A DNA stretch of 64,000 bases from an uncultured Trueperaceae bacterium (GCA_963799485.1 CAWCXJ010000006.1:224001-288000), one strand, 5' to 3'. Positions 1-10,014 are shown, numbered from the stretch's first letter. Notes: generated from the sequence alone by a model not told the origin. A program made the numbers and translations.

Positions 1-556
1 CCGACCCCGACTGATAACTGAGCGCAGGGGTCGCCGTAAGCAGTAGCGTTCGGCCGAGGCGCTGAGTTGCGCCAACTGCAAGGTACGCGCCGACACCGGT
101 AGCGCCAGCTGTAGCAGAAAAGAAGGGGCGGCTGCCGAGCGCGTAGGCGGTCGTCGGCGCAAACGCACCGGGGTTGCGGTTGAAGACAGCCAGTGAAGCG
201 TCCAAGCCGGTTGCGGCGAGCGCCCCCGAAGCATCGACGCCCAGCTCGAACGCGCCGACTGTACTGGCGTCGGCGCGGCCCAAAGCGCTTACCGTTCCGA
301 GAGGGCCAAACGAGTTGCGAAAGCGCAGCGCCGCACCCAGCTCGAGCGGGCCCGTAAGGGCGTCGGCAACGCGTAAGTCGAGCGTTGCCCGGCCCAGGTC
401 GAGTTCGCGGAGCTGGACTTCGGGCTCGAGCGTACCGCCGTAAGAAAGGGCCACGCCGAACGTCTGCGCCGAGCTGCTGCCGAGTACGAGCAACCCGAAC
501 GCCGTAAGCGAGACCGACAGCTGTTTGACGAAGGTTCTGCGTCTAAAATAGGTCAT
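1..556 (-). CDS. Secreted or outer-membrane hypothetical protein, 5' part (runs off the window start)
   Basis: ATG at 556 on the minus strand gives MTYFRRRTFVKQLSVSLTAFGLLVLGSSSAQTFGVALSYGG..., a signal-peptide-like N-terminus followed by Gly/Ala-rich amphipathic beta-like segments. Absent from the ORF track because it has no stop in the window. Confidence 0.6.
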   Translation of the reverse strand, partial: MTYFRRRTFVKQLSVSLTAFGLLVLGSSSAQTFGVALSYGGTLEPEVQLRELDLGRATLDLRVADALTGPLELGAALRFRNSFGPLGTVSALGRADASTVGAFELGVDASGALAATGLDASLAVFNRNPGAFAPTTAYALGSRPFFSATAGATGVGAYLAVGATQRLGRTLLLTATPALSYQSGS

Positions 557-849
557 ACGCAACTATAGCGGCTCGAGGTCTTTGCTTAGCCGATCAACCT
601 CTGTAACGGGTGAGAAACGGTACAAAAGCGGTGAACAGCAGCGCGGAAGATGGTACATTTTAGGCGGGTGTGCCTGTGTCAATACCCGGTCGTTTTGCCT
701 GTTGGTACAGACTTTCGCCGGTAACTTTCCGCCTACAGTCAGGTTCGACCCGTCGCGGCTGCACAAAACAGCAAAAAGCGGTGTAGCAGCAGGGCCGTAA
801 AAAGCACTGAGCCGTAAAGCACGAGCCGCGCAAAACAGAGAAGAGGAAC

Positions 850-3393
850 ATGAACATTCTTGGACACATGACCGTCCTGCCCGACGTACCCAAACGCATC
901 GCGCGTCTGGGCGACCTCTCGAACAACCTTTACTGGACGTGGCGTCCCGACGCGCGCCGGCTTTTTCGCCGCCTCGACCCGGAGCTGTGGGAGCAGGTCG
1001 GTCACAGCCCCATCGAGATGTTGCGCGACATCGCCCAGGACAGGCTCGAGGCTGCCGCCCAAAATCCCGAATACCTGGCACTCTACGATGAGGTCGTCGG
1101 GGCCTTCGACGCGTATGTACACCGGGCCAAAAGCTGGTTCAGCGAGTACTCGAGCGGTAAACCGGGCGACGTGTACGCGTACTTTTGCATGGAATACGGC
1201 TGGCACGAGGCCGTCGCGCTCTACTCGGGTGGTCTGGGCGTTTTAGCAGGCGACCACACGAAAGCTGCCTCGGATTTGGGCGTCCCGCTCGTCGCGGTCG
1301 GGCCGTGGTTTCCCGAAGGCTACTTCCACCAGCGCGTCGCACTCTCCGGCGAGCAAGAGGCGTTTTACGAACGCCTGAGTCCAAGTGAGATGCCTTTTAC
1401 GCCGGTTCTCAAGGACGGCGAGGAAGTGCGCGTCGGCGTAACCATGCAGGGCCGCGAGGTGCAGCTCAGGGCGTGGCATTTAGCGGTCGGCACGGTTTCC
1501 GTGTATTTGCTCGACACCGACGTACCGGAAAACTCACCTGAAGACAGAGGGCTCCTCTCACGACTTTACGGCGGCGACCAGCGTACCCGGATTGCCCAGG
1601 AGATTCTCCTGGGTATCGGCGGCGTCCGGTTGCTGCGGGCGCTCGGTATCGCCCCGACCTCGTGGCACATGAACGAAGGCCACAGCGCCTTTATGCCTTT
1701 GGAGCGCTGCCGCGAACTCGTCGAGGCGGGGCTGCCGTTTTCCGTAGCGCGAGAGGTTATCGCGGCCGGTACGGTTTTTACGGTTCACACGCCGGTCGCC
1801 GCCGGCAACGACACCTTCCCGTTCGACCTCATCAATCAGTTTTTCAGTGGCTTTTGGGGCAGCCTGGGTCTGAGTCAGAGCGAGTTTCACGACCTGGGCC
1901 GTCACGACCACGGGTGGGGGCCGGTCTTCAGTATGCCCGCGCTGGCGCTGCGTTTTTCTACCGGGCGTAACGGCGTCGCCAAGCTGCACGGCGAAACCTC
2001 ACGCGAAATCTGGCGCGACCTCTGGCCCGAAGTGCCGACCGACGAGGTGCCGATTACGCACATCACCAACGGCGTTCACGACAAAACCTGGGTGGCCCCT
2101 GAAGTTCATGAACTGGTCGATACCGTGTTACCCCCCGACTGGCGCGAGCGTTTCGACGACGCGGCGATGTGGGCCGGGGTCAAGAAACTCGACAACGCCA
2201 AACTCTGGGCGGCGCGGCAAGAGCTGAACCAGCAGAGCATCGAGTTTTTCCGACAGCGGCTGGCGCGGCAGCGCACCCGCTACGGTGCGAGCCCGACGGC
2301 GGTACGCGAGAGCGAAACGTTATTCAACAAAAATACCTTGACGATTGGGTTCGCGCGCCGGTTTGCGACCTATAAACGTGCGACGCTTATCTTCCGCGAC
2401 TTAGACCGGTTGGCGCGCATCCTGGGCGACCCCGACAAACCTGTGCAGCTCGTCTTTGCAGGCAAAGCGCACCCCGCCGACAAACCGGGGCAGGCGCTGA
2501 TTTCGACGATTCAGGCGTTGTCGCAAGAACCGCGTTTTGCGGGCAAGATTCTGTTTATCGAAGACTACGACATGGCCATCGGCCGGGCGATGACACGCGG
2601 CGTCGATGTCTGGCTCAACAACCCGCGCAGGCCGCTCGAGGCGTCCGGAACCAGCGGGCAAAAAGCCGCGATGAACGGCATTTTGAACTTGTCCATCTTG
2701 GACGGCTGGTGGCCTGAAGGTTTCGACGGAGACAACGGCTGGGCGATCGGCTCGGGCGTCAATATGTCCGTTTCGGACGCTGCCGACGCTGCCGACGCCG
2801 ACGCGCTTTACGACCTTTTGGAGCACGAAGTCGTGCCGCTCTACTACGAACGCGACGCCGACGGCGTGCCGCAACGCTGGATGGAGCGCTCGAAAGATTC
2901 GATTGCTACCATCAGCCCGGCGTTTAACGCCCGCCGCATGGTCAAAGATTACGTCGAGCGGTTTTACGCCCCCGCCGCCGAACGTGCGCGGCAGCTCTCG
3001 GCTGACAAGTATGCACACGCAGAGGCGTTGGCCGAGTGGCGGCAAAAGGTTCAAAGTAGCTGGCACGGCGTTTATATCAGCGCTAAACCCTTGCAAACGG
3101 CGTCGGCGCGCATCGGCGAGACGCTGCAGATCGAAGCGGTTGTCAACCCGCGCGACTTCGAGCAGGAGGAGCTGTGTGTGGAACTCGTCTACAGCCCCGA
3201 AACGGACGCGCTAGAGCACAACCTGCACACGGTGACGCTGAGGTGCGCCGAACAGTATGAGGACGGCGGCTGCTTGTACCGCGCGACGTTTACGCCAGCT
3301 GTCAGTGGACAACTCGCCTACGGCGTCCGGGTTTATCCGCTGAACAAAGCGCTCGTAAGTCCTTTCGACGCGCACGCCATCCGCTGGGCCTGA
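850..3393 (+). CDS. glgP: Alpha-glucan (glycogen/starch) phosphorylase
   Basis: 847 aa with YSGGLGVLAGD, HMNEGH, GFARRFATYKRA and the PLP-lysine motif EASGTSGQKA; RBS GAGG. Confidence 0.95.
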   Translation: MNILGHMTVLPDVPKRIARLGDLSNNLYWTWRPDARRLFRRLDPELWEQVGHSPIEMLRDIAQDRLEAAAQNPEYLALYDEVVGAFDAYVHRAKSWFSEYSSGKPGDVYAYFCMEYGWHEAVALYSGGLGVLAGDHTKAASDLGVPLVAVGPWFPEGYFHQRVALSGEQEAFYERLSPSEMPFTPVLKDGEEVRVGVTMQGREVQLRAWHLAVGTVSVYLLDTDVPENSPEDRGLLSRLYGGDQRTRIAQEILLGIGGVRLLRALGIAPTSWHMNEGHSAFMPLERCRELVEAGLPFSVAREVIAAGTVFTVHTPVAAGNDTFPFDLINQFFSGFWGSLGLSQSEFHDLGRHDHGWGPVFSMPALALRFSTGRNGVAKLHGETSREIWRDLWPEVPTDEVPITHITNGVHDKTWVAPEVHELVDTVLPPDWRERFDDAAMWAGVKKLDNAKLWAARQELNQQSIEFFRQRLARQRTRYGASPTAVRESETLFNKNTLTIGFARRFATYKRATLIFRDLDRLARILGDPDKPVQLVFAGKAHPADKPGQALISTIQALSQEPRFAGKILFIEDYDMAIGRAMTRGVDVWLNNPRRPLEASGTSGQKAAMNGILNLSILDGWWPEGFDGDNGWAIGSGVNMSVSDAADAADADALYDLLEHEVVPLYYERDADGVPQRWMERSKDSIATISPAFNARRMVKDYVERFYAPAAERARQLSADKYAHAEALAEWRQKVQSSWHGVYISAKPLQTASARIGETLQIEAVVNPRDFEQEELCVELVYSPETDALEHNLHTVTLRCAEQYEDGGCLYRATFTPAVSGQLAYGVRVYPLNKALVSPFDAHAIRWA

Positions 3394-3426
3394 GCAGTTC
3401 GTTTTCGGTTTTTAGAAGAGATTTGG

Positions 3427-3451
3427 AAGAGCAGGTTCGCCTGCTCTTTTT
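3427..3451 (+). terminator. Rho-independent terminator after glgP
   Basis: AAGAGCAGG-TTCG-CCTGCTCTT hairpin followed by T residues. Confidence 0.8.
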
Positions 3452-3574
3452 CTCCGCTATTTTTGCGGTTTACGGGGAGGACTTTTCCAAGTGTTTCTCT
3501 ACAAATTGCTTACCGGCGGTGTTTGTCCCAACAGCTTTCTTACGGGTCTGCTGACTTAGCAAAAGGTTAAAAGC

Positions 3575-3919
3575 TTAAAGGCAAGCGCTCTGCCGCTTGA
3601 ACGACAAGATGTAATCAAGGGCTCTTCCCAGCGGATACGTTAAAACAGGTTCACCGCCCGGCGCGGCGTCGAGCCAAAGTTTTACGGCCCCTTGAGCCAG
3701 AGCCGCTCTAAACAGCTCCTCTTTGGCGCGGTGGTCAGCTGCATACTGCACGGTCGCAACTTCGGTTTCAGGGAATCTTGCGAGGTGGGCCCTCGCCTCC
3801 GCTGCCCCCGTAAAAACGAGCGCGACACGCTCCCCCTCGGCTCGCAGCAGCGCAGGGTCCAAAACGCCGGGACGCGAACGCCCCAGAAAATAAAGCGGGC
3901 GGTCTAAAAATTCGCTCAT
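3575..3919 (-). CDS. Hypothetical protein
   Basis: 114 aa ORF with typical composition; no family recognised. Confidence 0.65.
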   Translation of the reverse strand: MSEFLDRPLYFLGRSRPGVLDPALLRAEGERVALVFTGAAEARAHLARFPETEVATVQYAADHRAKEELFRAALAQGAVKLWLDAAPGGEPVLTYPLGRALDYILSFKRQSACL

Positions 3920-3949
3920 CGCCTCGGCTACGGTTGTCGAACGCCGTTT

Positions 3950-4237
3950 TTAGCGGTTACTCGCCGGATTCCAGTTCGTCCCGATATCGAACAGGCTCAG
4001 TGGCGGCTTCTCTTTGAACTGGTGCGGAACCCTCGCTTTCGCCGCCGCTACTGCCACGGTGTTAGCCCCGCCGCTCGCCGCGTTCTGGTCGATAATCACG
4101 CCGGAAATCTGGATATTCTGCTCACCGTCTAAAACGGTGCTTTCGCCCTCTTGCGTGTTGGGGCTGAGATTACAAGCCGCCAGAACCGCAGCAAGACTTA
4201 TACCTAAAAGCGTTGATAAAACGGCCCTATTCACCAT
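3950..4237 (-). CDS. Short lipoprotein, possibly a truncated remnant
   Basis: MVNRAVLSTLLGISLAAVLAAC: hydrophobic leader with a lipobox; GGAGG upstream; mature part only about 70 aa. Confidence 0.5.
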   Translation of the reverse strand: MVNRAVLSTLLGISLAAVLAACNLSPNTQEGESTVLDGEQNIQISGVIIDQNAASGGANTVAVAAAKARVPHQFKEKPPLSLFDIGTNWNPASNR

Positions 4238-4373
4238 GTCATGCCTCCGGAACACTTCAGTCCGTCTAGTTTAACAGGACACAGCGCAGGTGTAGGGCGA
4301 AATGTCCCGTTACCCTTCCCGGTGGTCGGCGGTAGGTGCTACCGGCGCAGGTAACGCGCTAGAATAGCCTTTA

Positions 4374-6845
4374 ATGGATATCGACCGCGAAGTGCTCTAC
4401 ACATTCTTTCAGCAGCATCCTGAAAAACCCTGGCACCTTCAGGACGTGCAAAGACAACTCAAACTCAGCGACCGCGAAGACCTGCGCCGCGAACTCGCCA
4501 ACCTCGTCGAGGAGGGACGGCTGATCCGCACGCGCCGCCGCACCTACGGCTTGCCGCAAGAGATGAACCTCCGGCCCGGACGGTTGCAGGTCACGTCGGG
4601 CGGGTACGGTTTTGTGATTTTAGACGGCGACGCCGGCGAAAAAGACCTGTTTATTCCGGCGGAAAGTCTTAACGGTGCGTGGGACGGCGACCGGGTGTTG
4701 GCAAGGCCCGACCGGGGCGGCGGCGAAAAACCTTCGGGTGAGATCGTCCGCGTCTTGGAGCGTAAACACGACCGCGTGGTCGGAACTTTGGAGTATTCCC
4801 GTGGTTACGCCATCTTGCGTCCCGATTCGCCGCGTCTGCGCGAACGCATCTTGCTCTTGCCCGATTCGGTCGGCAAGCTTACGGCTGGCTCCCGTATCGT
4901 CGTCAAAATCATCTGGCCGGAAGACTCGGGTGAAAAAGACCCGTTCGGGGAACTCGAGGAGTCTCTGGGGGGCGGCGACTCCCCTGAAATCGAAACCAGG
5001 GCGGTCATCGTCAAGTTCGACCTCAAAGACGCCTTCGACGCCAAAACGCTCGCCGAAGCCGAAGCGGTGCCCGCTACGGTCTCGCCGGAAATGATGAGCG
5101 GTCGCACCGATATGCGCGGCGTCAACACCTTTACTATCGACGGGGCCGACGCCAAAGATTTCGACGACGCGATCTCGCTAGAGCGTTTAGGTAAGGGCAA
5201 AACGGCCCTGCTGCGCGTTGGGGTTCACATCGCCGACGTGTCGTACTACGTCGCTGAAGGTACCAGCTTAGACCGTGAGGCCAAGGAGCGCGCGACCAGC
5301 GTGTATTTGCCCGGTCAGGTGTTGCCGATGCTGCCCGAAGCGCTCTCGAACGGCATCTGTTCACTCGTCGAAGGGGAGCCGCGCCTGACGCTTTCGGTCT
5401 TTGCCGACCTGACCAAAGACGGCGAGGTCAAGCATATGGAGGTCAAGGAGACGGTCATCACCTCCGACGCCCGCCTGACTTACGAAGAGGTGCAGGCGTT
5501 TGCCGAGGGGGAAAAACTGCCGAAGGGCAAAGGCAAACTGGGCCGCGACATCACGCAGCTCTTGAAACTCACGCAAACGCTGCGCGAAGCGAGGCTCGAG
5601 AAGGGCGCACTCAACTTCGAGTTTACCGAAGCCAAAGTTGACGTGACCGACGAGGGCGAACTCAGCGTGACGCCGATCCGCCCGAATCAGGCGCGTCAAC
5701 TTATCGAAGAGCTGATGCTCCTAGCCAACCGGCTCGTCGCGCAAGACTTGTCCGCCAAAGACATCCCGGCGCTCTACCGCGTTCACGAAGACCCGAGTGA
5801 GGCTAAAGTGCAGGCGCTCGTCGGCAGTCTGGGGCGGCTCGGCTACAAGCTCGATATGACGCAAGCGGGCGCGGAAGACCTGCAGCGCATCATTCAAGAG
5901 GCCGCCGGAAAACCCGAAGCGCAGCTTGTGAATACGCTGCTGCTGCGCTCGCTTAAACAAGCTCGCTACAGCGCCGAAAACATGGGTCACTTTGGTTTGG
6001 CGTTCGAGCACTACCTGCACTTCACCTCACCGATTCGCCGTTACCCCGACCTCGTGGTTCACCGGGTTTTACGGGCGTCGCTGCAAAACCGCCTTTCGCC
6101 AACCTTAAAAGAACGGCTCAAAAGCGACTTTCCGGGCTTGGCTGAACACGTCAGTGAACGCGAACGTCTAGCCGAGGACGCCGAACGCGATCTGACGCGT
6201 TACTACCATGCGCGCTGGGCCAAAGAGCACCGCGGCGAGGTCTTTAACGGCCTGATTACCGGCGTGACGAACTTCGGTATCTTCGTGGCGCTGCCCAACG
6301 GCGTCGAGGGTTTGGTGCATGTGTCGCAGCTCGAGGACGACTACTACATGTACATCGAAGAGCAGATGATGATGCTCGGCAAATCGAGTAAAAAGAAGTT
6401 CCGGCTCGGCGGGCGGATGGAGGTGCGTATTCTGAACGCGAACCCGACCATCCGGCAGATCGACCTCGGCCCGAGCAGCGCCGAAGTGCCCGACGAACCT
6501 GAAGAAGAACGTCCGCAGCAGCACGCGCCGCGTCACCTCAAAACGCCGCTGAGCGCGGCGGCTGGTGCACCTAACGGCGTGGCTAAAGACCGTAGCCCGG
6601 AGCGTCATGCGGGCGCGCTCAATACCGACTCTGACGACGCTGAGGCCGGAGTGTCACGCGACGACGAGGTGCGTGAACTCGAGCGCCGTGAAGTCAGGCC
6701 CACGCGCGGTTCCGGTCGCGGTCGCGGCAAGCAGCGGAGCACTCAAACCGAAGCCAAAACTCAGGTCGCAGCCACACCGGAGACGCCGACCAAACCTGCG
6801 CGTAAACGCCGCGTGCTGGTCTTCGGCGAGCATCACAAAAAGTAA
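4374..6845 (+). CDS. rnr: Ribonuclease R
   Basis: N-terminal HTH and cold-shock domains, RNB motifs TIDGADAKDFDDAIS and HFTSPIRRYPDL, S1 domain, basic low-complexity tail. Confidence 0.95.
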   Translation: MDIDREVLYTFFQQHPEKPWHLQDVQRQLKLSDREDLRRELANLVEEGRLIRTRRRTYGLPQEMNLRPGRLQVTSGGYGFVILDGDAGEKDLFIPAESLNGAWDGDRVLARPDRGGGEKPSGEIVRVLERKHDRVVGTLEYSRGYAILRPDSPRLRERILLLPDSVGKLTAGSRIVVKIIWPEDSGEKDPFGELEESLGGGDSPEIETRAVIVKFDLKDAFDAKTLAEAEAVPATVSPEMMSGRTDMRGVNTFTIDGADAKDFDDAISLERLGKGKTALLRVGVHIADVSYYVAEGTSLDREAKERATSVYLPGQVLPMLPEALSNGICSLVEGEPRLTLSVFADLTKDGEVKHMEVKETVITSDARLTYEEVQAFAEGEKLPKGKGKLGRDITQLLKLTQTLREARLEKGALNFEFTEAKVDVTDEGELSVTPIRPNQARQLIEELMLLANRLVAQDLSAKDIPALYRVHEDPSEAKVQALVGSLGRLGYKLDMTQAGAEDLQRIIQEAAGKPEAQLVNTLLLRSLKQARYSAENMGHFGLAFEHYLHFTSPIRRYPDLVVHRVLRASLQNRLSPTLKERLKSDFPGLAEHVSERERLAEDAERDLTRYYHARWAKEHRGEVFNGLITGVTNFGIFVALPNGVEGLVHVSQLEDDYYMYIEEQMMMLGKSSKKKFRLGGRMEVRILNANPTIRQIDLGPSSAEVPDEPEEERPQQHAPRHLKTPLSAAAGAPNGVAKDRSPERHAGALNTDSDDAEAGVSRDDEVRELERREVRPTRGSGRGRGKQRSTQTEAKTQVAATPETPTKPARKRRVLVFGEHHKK

Positions 6846-7144
6846 AGGCGTGACAAAGAATGACTGAGCGTTCTCCTCTCATCGAACTTCTGGGTCTGGC
6901 ACCCCCGGCGCAAAACCACGGCACCGAACCGACGTTGGTTTCGTGTGTCGTCTCCCCGGCTTTTCACCCGGATGAATTTCGACTGGCATTTTAGCCCCTG
7001 TCTTTATCTCAAACAGCCGGTAAAGTAAAGAAAAAGTCAAGTGGAACGCGTCTAAATTTGCGAAGACGAAGAAAGAAGATGAAGAAACAGGTGGGGTCGG
7101 CTGCTTTAGCGTGAGTTCAAAGTTGCTCGAGTCGTCACTTTATA

Positions 7145-7305
7145 AGCGTCGTACCCATAACTTTGGAACTGAATCCGGTAGCCCTGACCAATAGGGCGTC
7201 GTCACTACGGACCGGCAGGTCTGATAAACTCGGGGCATAACCCTGTATGACCCGGCGCTTTAGAGCAGGCGCTTAAGACCTGAGCAAACCCAATTTAGCG
7301 ACGCT
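7145..7305. ncRNA. Candidate structured RNA of unknown family
   Basis: Nested complementary pairs: AGCGTCG 7145-7151 with CGACGCT 7299-7305; CCGGT with ACCGG; GCCCT with AGGGC; CAGGTCT 7216-7222 with AGACCTG 7276-7282; CGGG.CATA with TATG.CCCG. Confidence 0.45.
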
Positions 7306-7311
7306 GAAAAG

Positions 7312-8643
7312 GTGGAGACGATGCCCGACACCCATACCTACCACATCACCCGTAACTGCCTGAAAAGCGGTTGTATGTTCCTTTCACCCTCGGCAACAGC
7401 CCTGTTTCCACGTGCGGGAGACGTTCAGGCTAAAGATACGGCGAGTGGTGAAGTGCTTGTGTTGACCCTTCTAAATGCCCGCACCGTAACCGGATTGGGG
7501 CCCCTTTACCAAAGGCATGGACTCGAGCCCAACGACCTGATAATCATCGCCAGAGACGGCGAAAGCTATACTTTGACGCCGAGCGCGCGACCTCGCCTGA
7601 CCGACTATACCCATCCCGAGGTGCAGCGCCGGATGGTCGACCGGGTCGTCGAGCAAGCACCGTTGTCCGAACGGGAAATTCGGGAACTCTTTCCCGACCT
7701 GCCGAGTGGGTTCGAACTGGCTCCGGTTTTAGCGCACGACGGTCGTTTGCACAAGTACGAAGGGCGCTGGCAGTTCGTCCCGGCAGACACCGCAGCTGAA
7801 ACGGAGCCCAATCAGGCGACGGTCAAACCCTACCGCACCTTGTCGAAAGACGATCCCCTCTTTTCCTCAGCTACCGGCGACGTGTCGCTCCACACGCGCG
7901 CTCGGGAGGCGCTGACGAGTTTCGGGTTTCGCCTCGAGCCGCGCAGTTCGGTTCAGCTTTTGGCTCACGCCGACCTGGGCCGCCGTCCGTACAGCGTGCT
8001 GGTACAACTGCTCGCCGAGGGTTCACGGCTCGACTGGACGAAGCTCTTGGCCCGCCGCCGCGACCTCAAGGTTACGTACCTGGCTGTTTTTGGCCCCCAC
8101 GAAGCGCTGTTGCGGCTTCAGTCGCCTGCGCTCGAGGCGCGCGCCACACTCTGGTCATGGCAGGCACTGGCGCGCGCCGTCGACCTCGTGGCGGCGCTGC
8201 CGGTCAGCCCCTTCGACCTCGAGCCCTACTTTGCCCAGAGTGGCCTTTTCGAGGAGGGTTTACGGCGTTTTGAACGGATGATCGAACGGCGCGTCGACAG
8301 TCGCGGGAACTTTTCTGCGGTGTTGCAGCGCCTCGCCGCGCTGCGTGCCCCCGCCGTGTTTTTGCTCGAGGACATCATGGTCGATACCAACCTTACCCGC
8401 GACCAGGTGATGAGCACGCTCAACCTCCTCAGCGAGGCACCGTTTCAGCTCGTCAGCCGGGTCGATAACGGTGAGTTTTGCTTGCGTCAAGGCGTTTATG
8501 AAAACCTGACCCAGCTTTCGCACTACGCGCTCTCGCTGACTGAGCGCCTGCCCGCGCGCCGCACCGAATACGTGCGTGGCAACGCCGCTGTCGTCGGGCT
8601 AGAAGCCGCAGTAGAGACGGCTAAAGACAGCGCCAAGTCTTAG
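7312..8643 (+). CDS. Uncharacterised multidomain protein, possibly nucleic-acid binding
   Basis: 443 aa ORF (start GTG 7312 or ATG 7321 with GGAG RBS) followed by a terminator; no confident family. Confidence 0.8.
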   Translation: METMPDTHTYHITRNCLKSGCMFLSPSATALFPRAGDVQAKDTASGEVLVLTLLNARTVTGLGPLYQRHGLEPNDLIIIARDGESYTLTPSARPRLTDYTHPEVQRRMVDRVVEQAPLSEREIRELFPDLPSGFELAPVLAHDGRLHKYEGRWQFVPADTAAETEPNQATVKPYRTLSKDDPLFSSATGDVSLHTRAREALTSFGFRLEPRSSVQLLAHADLGRRPYSVLVQLLAEGSRLDWTKLLARRRDLKVTYLAVFGPHEALLRLQSPALEARATLWSWQALARAVDLVAALPVSPFDLEPYFAQSGLFEEGLRRFERMIERRVDSRGNFSAVLQRLAALRAPAVFLLEDIMVDTNLTRDQVMSTLNLLSEAPFQLVSRVDNGEFCLRQGVYENLTQLSHYALSLTERLPARRTEYVRGNAAVVGLEAAVETAKDSAKS

Positions 8644-8670
8644 GTGGTAGCGTCTTGGGTCGGTAACCAG

Positions 8671-8697
8671 AAAAAGCCCCTCGAGCAAGGGGCTTTT
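8671..8697. terminator. Bidirectional intrinsic terminator
   Basis: AAAAGCCCCT-CGAGCA-AGGGGCTTTT between convergent genes. Confidence 0.85.
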
Positions 8698-8714
8698 CGA
8701 TCACGTAAGTGAAC

Positions 8715-9848
8715 TTAGGGGCGGAAGTTGAAACCGGCCGCCACTGTTGGATAGATGTCTTGGGCGTAACCGGTTACGTTGACCCCGTTGAAGTAGTAGT
8801 CTGCTGTACCTTCGACAAAGAAAGTAAGCGGGCCGTTGCCGAATTCAGCGCCGAGCAGCGCACCTGCGAAGGGGCCTTCAGTTGCGCCGGAATCGAAAAT
8901 CAGGTCGGCAAACTGGTAGCCGCCACCGACGCCGAGATAAGCGCTAACGGCGGAGGAGCCGAGCGTATAGGTGAGGTGACCCGCTAAAGCCATCGAGCCG
9001 GAGTCGATCAGCGACTGGCGACCGTGGTCGGCGGCGGCGCGAATCCCGAAACCTGAAACGATGTCGTCGACCCCGATCTTGATGCGGGGGCGGAAGCGGA
9101 GGTCGTCAACGGCGTTGATTTCGTAAAGCGCGCCGAGGCCAAGATAAAACTTGCCGCGTTCACCGCCGAGCGTAACCGTTTCGGGCGCTGCGACAGGTGC
9201 TAAATCAACAGCAGGTTCTTCCGGGGCAGGCTGCTCTGCGGTAGGCGTGCTTGCCGTGCCGAGTTGATCCCGGAGGTTATTGACCTGCCGGTTGAGGGCC
9301 GTAACCTGCTCTTGGAGCGCCGTAATGTCGGGGCCGGGGGCGGGGGGCGTCGGAGCCTGCTCGAGCGCAGCGACGCGGCCTTCAAGCGCCGTAAACGAAT
9401 CGGCAAGGTTGCCTGAAGGTGCGGCGGCCTCGAGTGAAGCAACCCGGTCTTGCAGGGCGCTCAGCGCTTCGCCGTTGCCTGAAGGGGCACTCTCGAGCGC
9501 GGCAATCCGGTCGGTCAGCGACCCGAGCTGGTTTTGTAGTTCGGCAACGGCGTTATTGACTGTCGCCAAATCTTCTTCGCTGAGCGCGCCCGCTGCGGCG
9601 TTGTTCTCGTCGATGACGCTCAGCAGGCGGCTGACGACGAGCGCAGCCTGGTAACGAGTAAAGGCTTCGTTACCGCGAAAGGTACCGTCGGGGAACCCGT
9701 TGACGATGCCTAGTTCGACGAGTTGCGACACCGCGTCGGCGGCGTAGGAGTCGGCAGGTACGTCGGGAAAGCTGCTTTGCGCCAGCGCTCCCCCCATAAC
9801 CCCGCCGAACGTTAGAGCTGTTACCGATGTGAGTAAAGCTTTTTTCAT
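8715..9848 (-). CDS. S-layer homology (SLH) domain protein with coiled coil and C-terminal outer-membrane beta-barrel
   Basis: Signal peptide; SLH motif FPDVPADSYAADAVSQLVELGIVNGFPDGTFRGNEAFTRYQAA; repeated L..RIAALE heptads; beta-strand C-terminus ending GFNFRP. Confidence 0.9.
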   Translation of the reverse strand: MKKALLTSVTALTFGGVMGGALAQSSFPDVPADSYAADAVSQLVELGIVNGFPDGTFRGNEAFTRYQAALVVSRLLSVIDENNAAAGALSEEDLATVNNAVAELQNQLGSLTDRIAALESAPSGNGEALSALQDRVASLEAAAPSGNLADSFTALEGRVAALEQAPTPPAPGPDITALQEQVTALNRQVNNLRDQLGTASTPTAEQPAPEEPAVDLAPVAAPETVTLGGERGKFYLGLGALYEINAVDDLRFRPRIKIGVDDIVSGFGIRAAADHGRQSLIDSGSMALAGHLTYTLGSSAVSAYLGVGGGYQFADLIFDSGATEGPFAGALLGAEFGNGPLTFFVEGTADYYFNGVNVTGYAQDIYPTVAAGFNFRP

Positions 9849-10014
9849 TTCAACCTCTTTTCCAGTGCCGAGTTTGACAGCTTCGGCTGCGCTGATGGGC
9901 GCTTCGTAGCAGCGAACTCTAAGGAGTACGCTAGCAACAGGTGTACCCGCGTCACATTAACCTGTCTTACAAAGGTGTTGATGAGGAGGCCATGACGAAT
10001 CCTAGTCGGAAACC

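Noticed and set aside
6860..6994. 44-codon ORF after rnr (MTERSPLIELLG...)
   Set aside because: Weak RBS and no recognisable similarity; cannot be supported without conservation data
7220..7270. Partial glmS-ribozyme-like words on the minus strand (AAAGCGCC, GTTTATC)
   Set aside because: The conserved GACGAGG core is missing and there is no glmS gene downstream
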